From the NCBI GenBank assembly GCA_043781235.1, contig JAYWBT010000132.1:530-64529 (forward strand): a DNA stretch of 64,000 nt, in the 5' to 3' direction. The notes beneath the pieces are model-generated. The model searched no databases. It was not told the origin of the DNA and saw only the letters and a list, made by a program, of their open reading frames with translations. The stretch comes from Deltaproteobacteria bacterium. Its GTDB lineage: Bacteria; Myxococcota; Myxococcia; Myxococcales; 40CM-4-68-19. The position numbers were made by a program, and so were the translations under genes. Positions 61,079 through 64,000 of the stretch are shown in pieces (within the stretch, counting starts at the first letter, position 1; every line of letters starts with the position of its first letter).

Positions 61079-64000
61079 TCAATGCCTTTCGTTGACCGCC
61101 GTCTGGAGCCCGGGAGCGGCAGTAACCTTGCGCAAGAGCGCCGCGTCGAGCCGCCCGAGAAAGGCGCGGAACGCGGGGTAGTCCATAGGCTTGAGCAGCC
61201 CGCCGTTCAAGGTCAGCTCGAGCCGCGCCGTCACCCTGGCGTCCAGCCGCGACCAGGCGATCGAGTACTCGCCCTGCGGCGAAGACTCGTGCACGCCCTC
61301 CGGCAGCGTGGCGCTCCAGCCGGCCGGCAGCGCGACCGTGGACTCGACGACCGTGCGCTGCGGGACCGGGAGGCGTTCGGGCAGCGCGCGTTTCGAAAGC
61401 TGCGCGTAGCTCTCGACGAAGCTCTGCCGCTGTCCGAATGGCGAGAAGCGCAGCCCCGCGCCGGACGGCGACGCGAACGCCTTGGCGGTGGCGGTGAAGT
61501 GCGTCGTGAAGGGGCTCTCGATGTCGTGCGGGTCGGAGACGTCCACCGCGGTGACCTTCGCGCCCGGGAACGCCGAGCGCGAGAGCTGCTCCTCGGCGCG
61601 GGTGCGGCGCTCGTCGGCCGACTCGAAGGTGCGGCGCAGCTCGGAGGTCCACGAGCCGCGCGCGCTCGCCTTGAGATCGACCGACGCGCTGCCGTCCTCG
61701 CGCAGCGACGCGGTGATGTGCGTCTCGTCGAGATTATCGGCCGGCTTCGCCTCGGGCGTGCGGACGAAGCGCGAGCCCTGGCCGCCCGGCTCGACGATGA
61801 GCGCGTACGCGGCGCGATCGTCCGCGGGCAGCTCGCCCGAGCCGTGGAACTCGGCGGTGCCGTCGAGGAAGAGATCGTACTTGGGCACGTAGAGGATGGC
61901 GTGGTTGAAGACGGCCAGAGACGCAGGAGCGGTCTCGATGCCGCCCAGCCGGGTCATGCGCAAGAGCGCGAGGCGCGAATCGATGCCGATGCTCTCCAGC
62001 ATGGCGTGCATCAGCGACGCCTTGTCCTTGCAGTCGCCGAAGCGGCGGCTGAGGATGGTCTCGACCGGATAGGGCTTGAATGAGTTGATGCCGAACTCAA
62101 GTCCGACATAGCGAGTGCGCGAGACCACGAAGTCGTAGACCGCGCCGATGCGCGCCCGCTCATTCGTTGCGGCGATGCCGCGCGTCGCCTCCTCAGCGGC
62201 GGTCTTGATTTCGGCGGTCACGCGCAGCTGGTCCTTGACCAGGCCCCAGTAGAACTTCCCCACGCTCTCCCAGTCCTTGTAGGTCGAGACATGGACGTAG
62301 GCGAGCATCTCGCTGTAGCCGGGCATCGACGGCTCGGGCACCAGCTTGGGCACGTCGTGCGCGGTCCACCGCTGCCAGGTGCCGCCATCCTGCGACTTGC
62401 CTTCGGCATGGACGAGGCCGGGCAGCGGGCTCGCCGTCGAGTAGAAGGTGCGCCCCGCGGGCCCGAGCAGGACGTAGTCCGCGATGCGCTTTTCCTGCGT
62501 CGACTGGAGATAGGAGAAATCGCCGAAGTAATCGGCGAAGAAGTTCGAGCCCGAGTCGTCGGTGCGGGTGACGATCTCGAGCGCATCGCCGGGCTCGAGC
62601 TGCGCGAACGAGACGACGCGCGCGCGCAGATCATAATAGAGCCCGTACCAGGGCTCGGAGAGGCTGCGCTCGCCCTCGCTGCGGCTCTCGAGCACGGTGC
62701 CGTCCTTGCGGAAGATGCGCGCGCGCTCGACCTTCACCATCTGGCGGTCGGGCGAATACTGCACGCTCTGGGTGCGGGCCTGATCGACGCCGCGCGCGTT
62801 CAGAGGCCGGATGACCAGCTGGCGGGTGCGGCTGGAGAGGCCGTTCGCGAACACCTTGGTGACCTCGAGGTCGGCCAGCACTTCGAGATCTTCGCCGGCG
62901 AGCGGCGCCGTCTTCACCAGCGCGCGCGGGTCGTAGAGGTACTGCGAGGCGTACTGCTCCTCGGGGCGCACGCTGCGGACCAGCTCGCGCAGGGTCGGGT
63001 TCTGCGGGCGCAGCGAGAGCGAGCGCGCGAACGCAGCCAGCGCGCCCGCGTCGTCGGCGCTGCGCAGCCGGTGGCGGCCGAGCTGCTCGTGCACCTCGGG
63101 ATCGTCGGGCGAGAGAGCCACGGCCTGCGCGAAGGCGGCGTCGGCCTTGGTGGCACGGCCGCTCTGCGAGAGCACCTCGGCGGCGCGCAGCCTAGGGTGC
63201 AGCGCGGCGGGGTCGAGCGAGACCGCGTCGCCGAGCAGCTTGAGCGCGCCGTCCACGTCGCCGCGGTCGAGCAACGCCGAGGTGAGCTCTGCGCGCGCCT
63301 CGAGGTCGTCGAAGCGCGCCGCGAGGGCGGCTTTCAGCTCTAGCGCCGCCTCGTCGCCGCGTCCCATGCGACGCAGCGCGCCGGCCGCTGCTCTCCGCGC
63401 GCGGGCGAGATCCGGGTGGTCGCGGGCCGCGTCGATGCGCACCAGCGCGGCGCGCGCCGAGAGCCCGACCGCGTCGAGCGCCCGCGCCTGCGTAAGCACG
63501 GGCTCGAGCGCGCGCGGATCGGCCTCGCGCGCCTGGGAGGCGAGCTCCAGCGCCTGCCAGGCTTCGCCGCGCTCGAGCCGGTAGCCTGCGAGCGCGTCCA
63601 TCAAGAAGGGATTCTTCGGGTGCGCGGCCAGCGCCGCGTCGAGCGTGGCGCGGCGCTTGTTGGCGTCGCGATCCTCGAGCTGCGCGAGCCGCAGCGCGAT
63701 CTCCGCGTCGCCCGGCGCCGCGTCGGCCGCGCGTTCCATGGCGTGCAGCGGGAGCCGCTCGCCATCGTCGTTCGGCCGCCGGTAGTGGAGCAGGATGCCG
63801 AGGTCCTCCTGCGCGCGCACGTCCTGCGGATCCTTCGCCGCCAGTGCCTTGATCTCGCTGACCGCGTCCAGCAGCTTCTTCGCCGCCGGCTTGATGGCCG
63901 GCCCTTCCTTGGTCGCCGCGAGCGCGAGCTTGCCATTCGGAAGCTGCGCGGCCTGCGCCATCGCGACCAGCGGCGCGTCGCGCTGGTCGGCGATGCGCAG
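61079..64000 (-). CDS. TPR / DUF3857 / transglutaminase-like protein (5' end probably beyond the window)
   Basis: TPR half, then DUF3857-like (VERARIFRKDGTVLESRSEG...LEPGDALEIV), then a transglutaminase core with Cys (RRFGDCKDKA), His (VFNHAILYV) and Asp (FLDGTAEF). The frame stays open to position 64000 and the M at 63961 has no signal peptide. Confidence 0.7.
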   Translation of the reverse strand: MRIADQRDAPLVAMAQAAQLPNGKLALAATKEGPAIKPAAKKLLDAVSEIKALAAKDPQDVRAQEDLGILLHYRRPNDDGERLPLHAMERAADAAPGDAEIALRLAQLEDRDANKRRATLDAALAAHPKNPFLMDALAGYRLERGEAWQALELASQAREADPRALEPVLTQARALDAVGLSARAALVRIDAARDHPDLARARRAAAGALRRMGRGDEAALELKAALAARFDDLEARAELTSALLDRGDVDGALKLLGDAVSLDPAALHPRLRAAEVLSQSGRATKADAAFAQAVALSPDDPEVHEQLGRHRLRSADDAGALAAFARSLSLRPQNPTLRELVRSVRPEEQYASQYLYDPRALVKTAPLAGEDLEVLADLEVTKVFANGLSSRTRQLVIRPLNARGVDQARTQSVQYSPDRQMVKVERARIFRKDGTVLESRSEGERSLSEPWYGLYYDLRARVVSFAQLEPGDALEIVTRTDDSGSNFFADYFGDFSYLQSTQEKRIADYVLLGPAGRTFYSTASPLPGLVHAEGKSQDGGTWQRWTAHDVPKLVPEPSMPGYSEMLAYVHVSTYKDWESVGKFYWGLVKDQLRVTAEIKTAAEEATRGIAATNERARIGAVYDFVVSRTRYVGLEFGINSFKPYPVETILSRRFGDCKDKASLMHAMLESIGIDSRLALLRMTRLGGIETAPASLAVFNHAILYVPKYDLFLDGTAEFHGSGELPADDRAAYALIVEPGGQGSRFVRTPEAKPADNLDETHITASLREDGSASVDLKASARGSWTSELRRTFESADERRTRAEEQLSRSAFPGAKVTAVDVSDPHDIESPFTTHFTATAKAFASPSGAGLRFSPFGQRQSFVESYAQLSKRALPERLPVPQRTVVESTVALPAGWSATLPEGVHESSPQGEYSIAWSRLDARVTARLELTLNGGLLKPMDYPAFRAFLGRLDAALLRKVTAAPGLQTAVNERH

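Overview
The window is very GC-rich (about 70% by eye, not computed), gene-dense bacterial chromosome. The gene content looks Myxococcota-like: TPR/DUF3857/transglutaminase giants, long coiled-coil proteins and many lipoproteins. That taxonomic placement is inference only. Most of the window is core metabolism.

**Core gene content**
- A complete trpEGDCFBA operon lies at 3.5-10.1 kb.
- A complete shikimate pathway operon lies at 13.4-20.0 kb and runs on from fmt: aroF-aroA-aroE-aroC~aroK-aroB-aroQ.
- rsmB-rpe, ptsI and metK ... ahcY are present.
- uppP, a Nudix gene and a GDP-mannose/sugar-phosphate cluster follow.
- A tolC-exbB-exbD-tonB operon, mutY, pepP, arfB, purE, an ABC-2 transporter, a GST gene and hemW are also present.
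- Two tandem giant TPR/DUF3857/transglutaminase-like lipoprotein genes close the window.

**Accessory or decayed pockets**
1. A lower-GC RES-toxin/Xre-type antitoxin cassette is wedged between metK and ahcY (28.1-29.6 kb).
2. Two 200-bp inverted repeats, about 91% identical with no gaps, bracket a decayed DUF1801 gene (41.3-42.4 kb).
3. A lower-GC island lies at 49.7-53.8 kb. It holds a DUF3494 (ice-binding-like) lipoprotein gene with a good sigma-54 promoter match and a divergent XylR/V4R-type sigma-54 activator. It also holds a response-regulator/cyclase gene cut off mid-domain and a frameshifted MetH activation-domain remnant.

I found no rRNA, tRNA, CRISPR array, transposase or integrase. 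I did not find a clearly new multi-gene defence-type system. The most interesting candidates are the sigma-54/DUF3494 module, the RES cassette with an oversized antitoxin, the inverted-repeat structure, the AroC-AroK fusion and the active/pseudo-enzyme transglutaminase pair. All homology calls rest on motif recognition by eye, and no searches were run.
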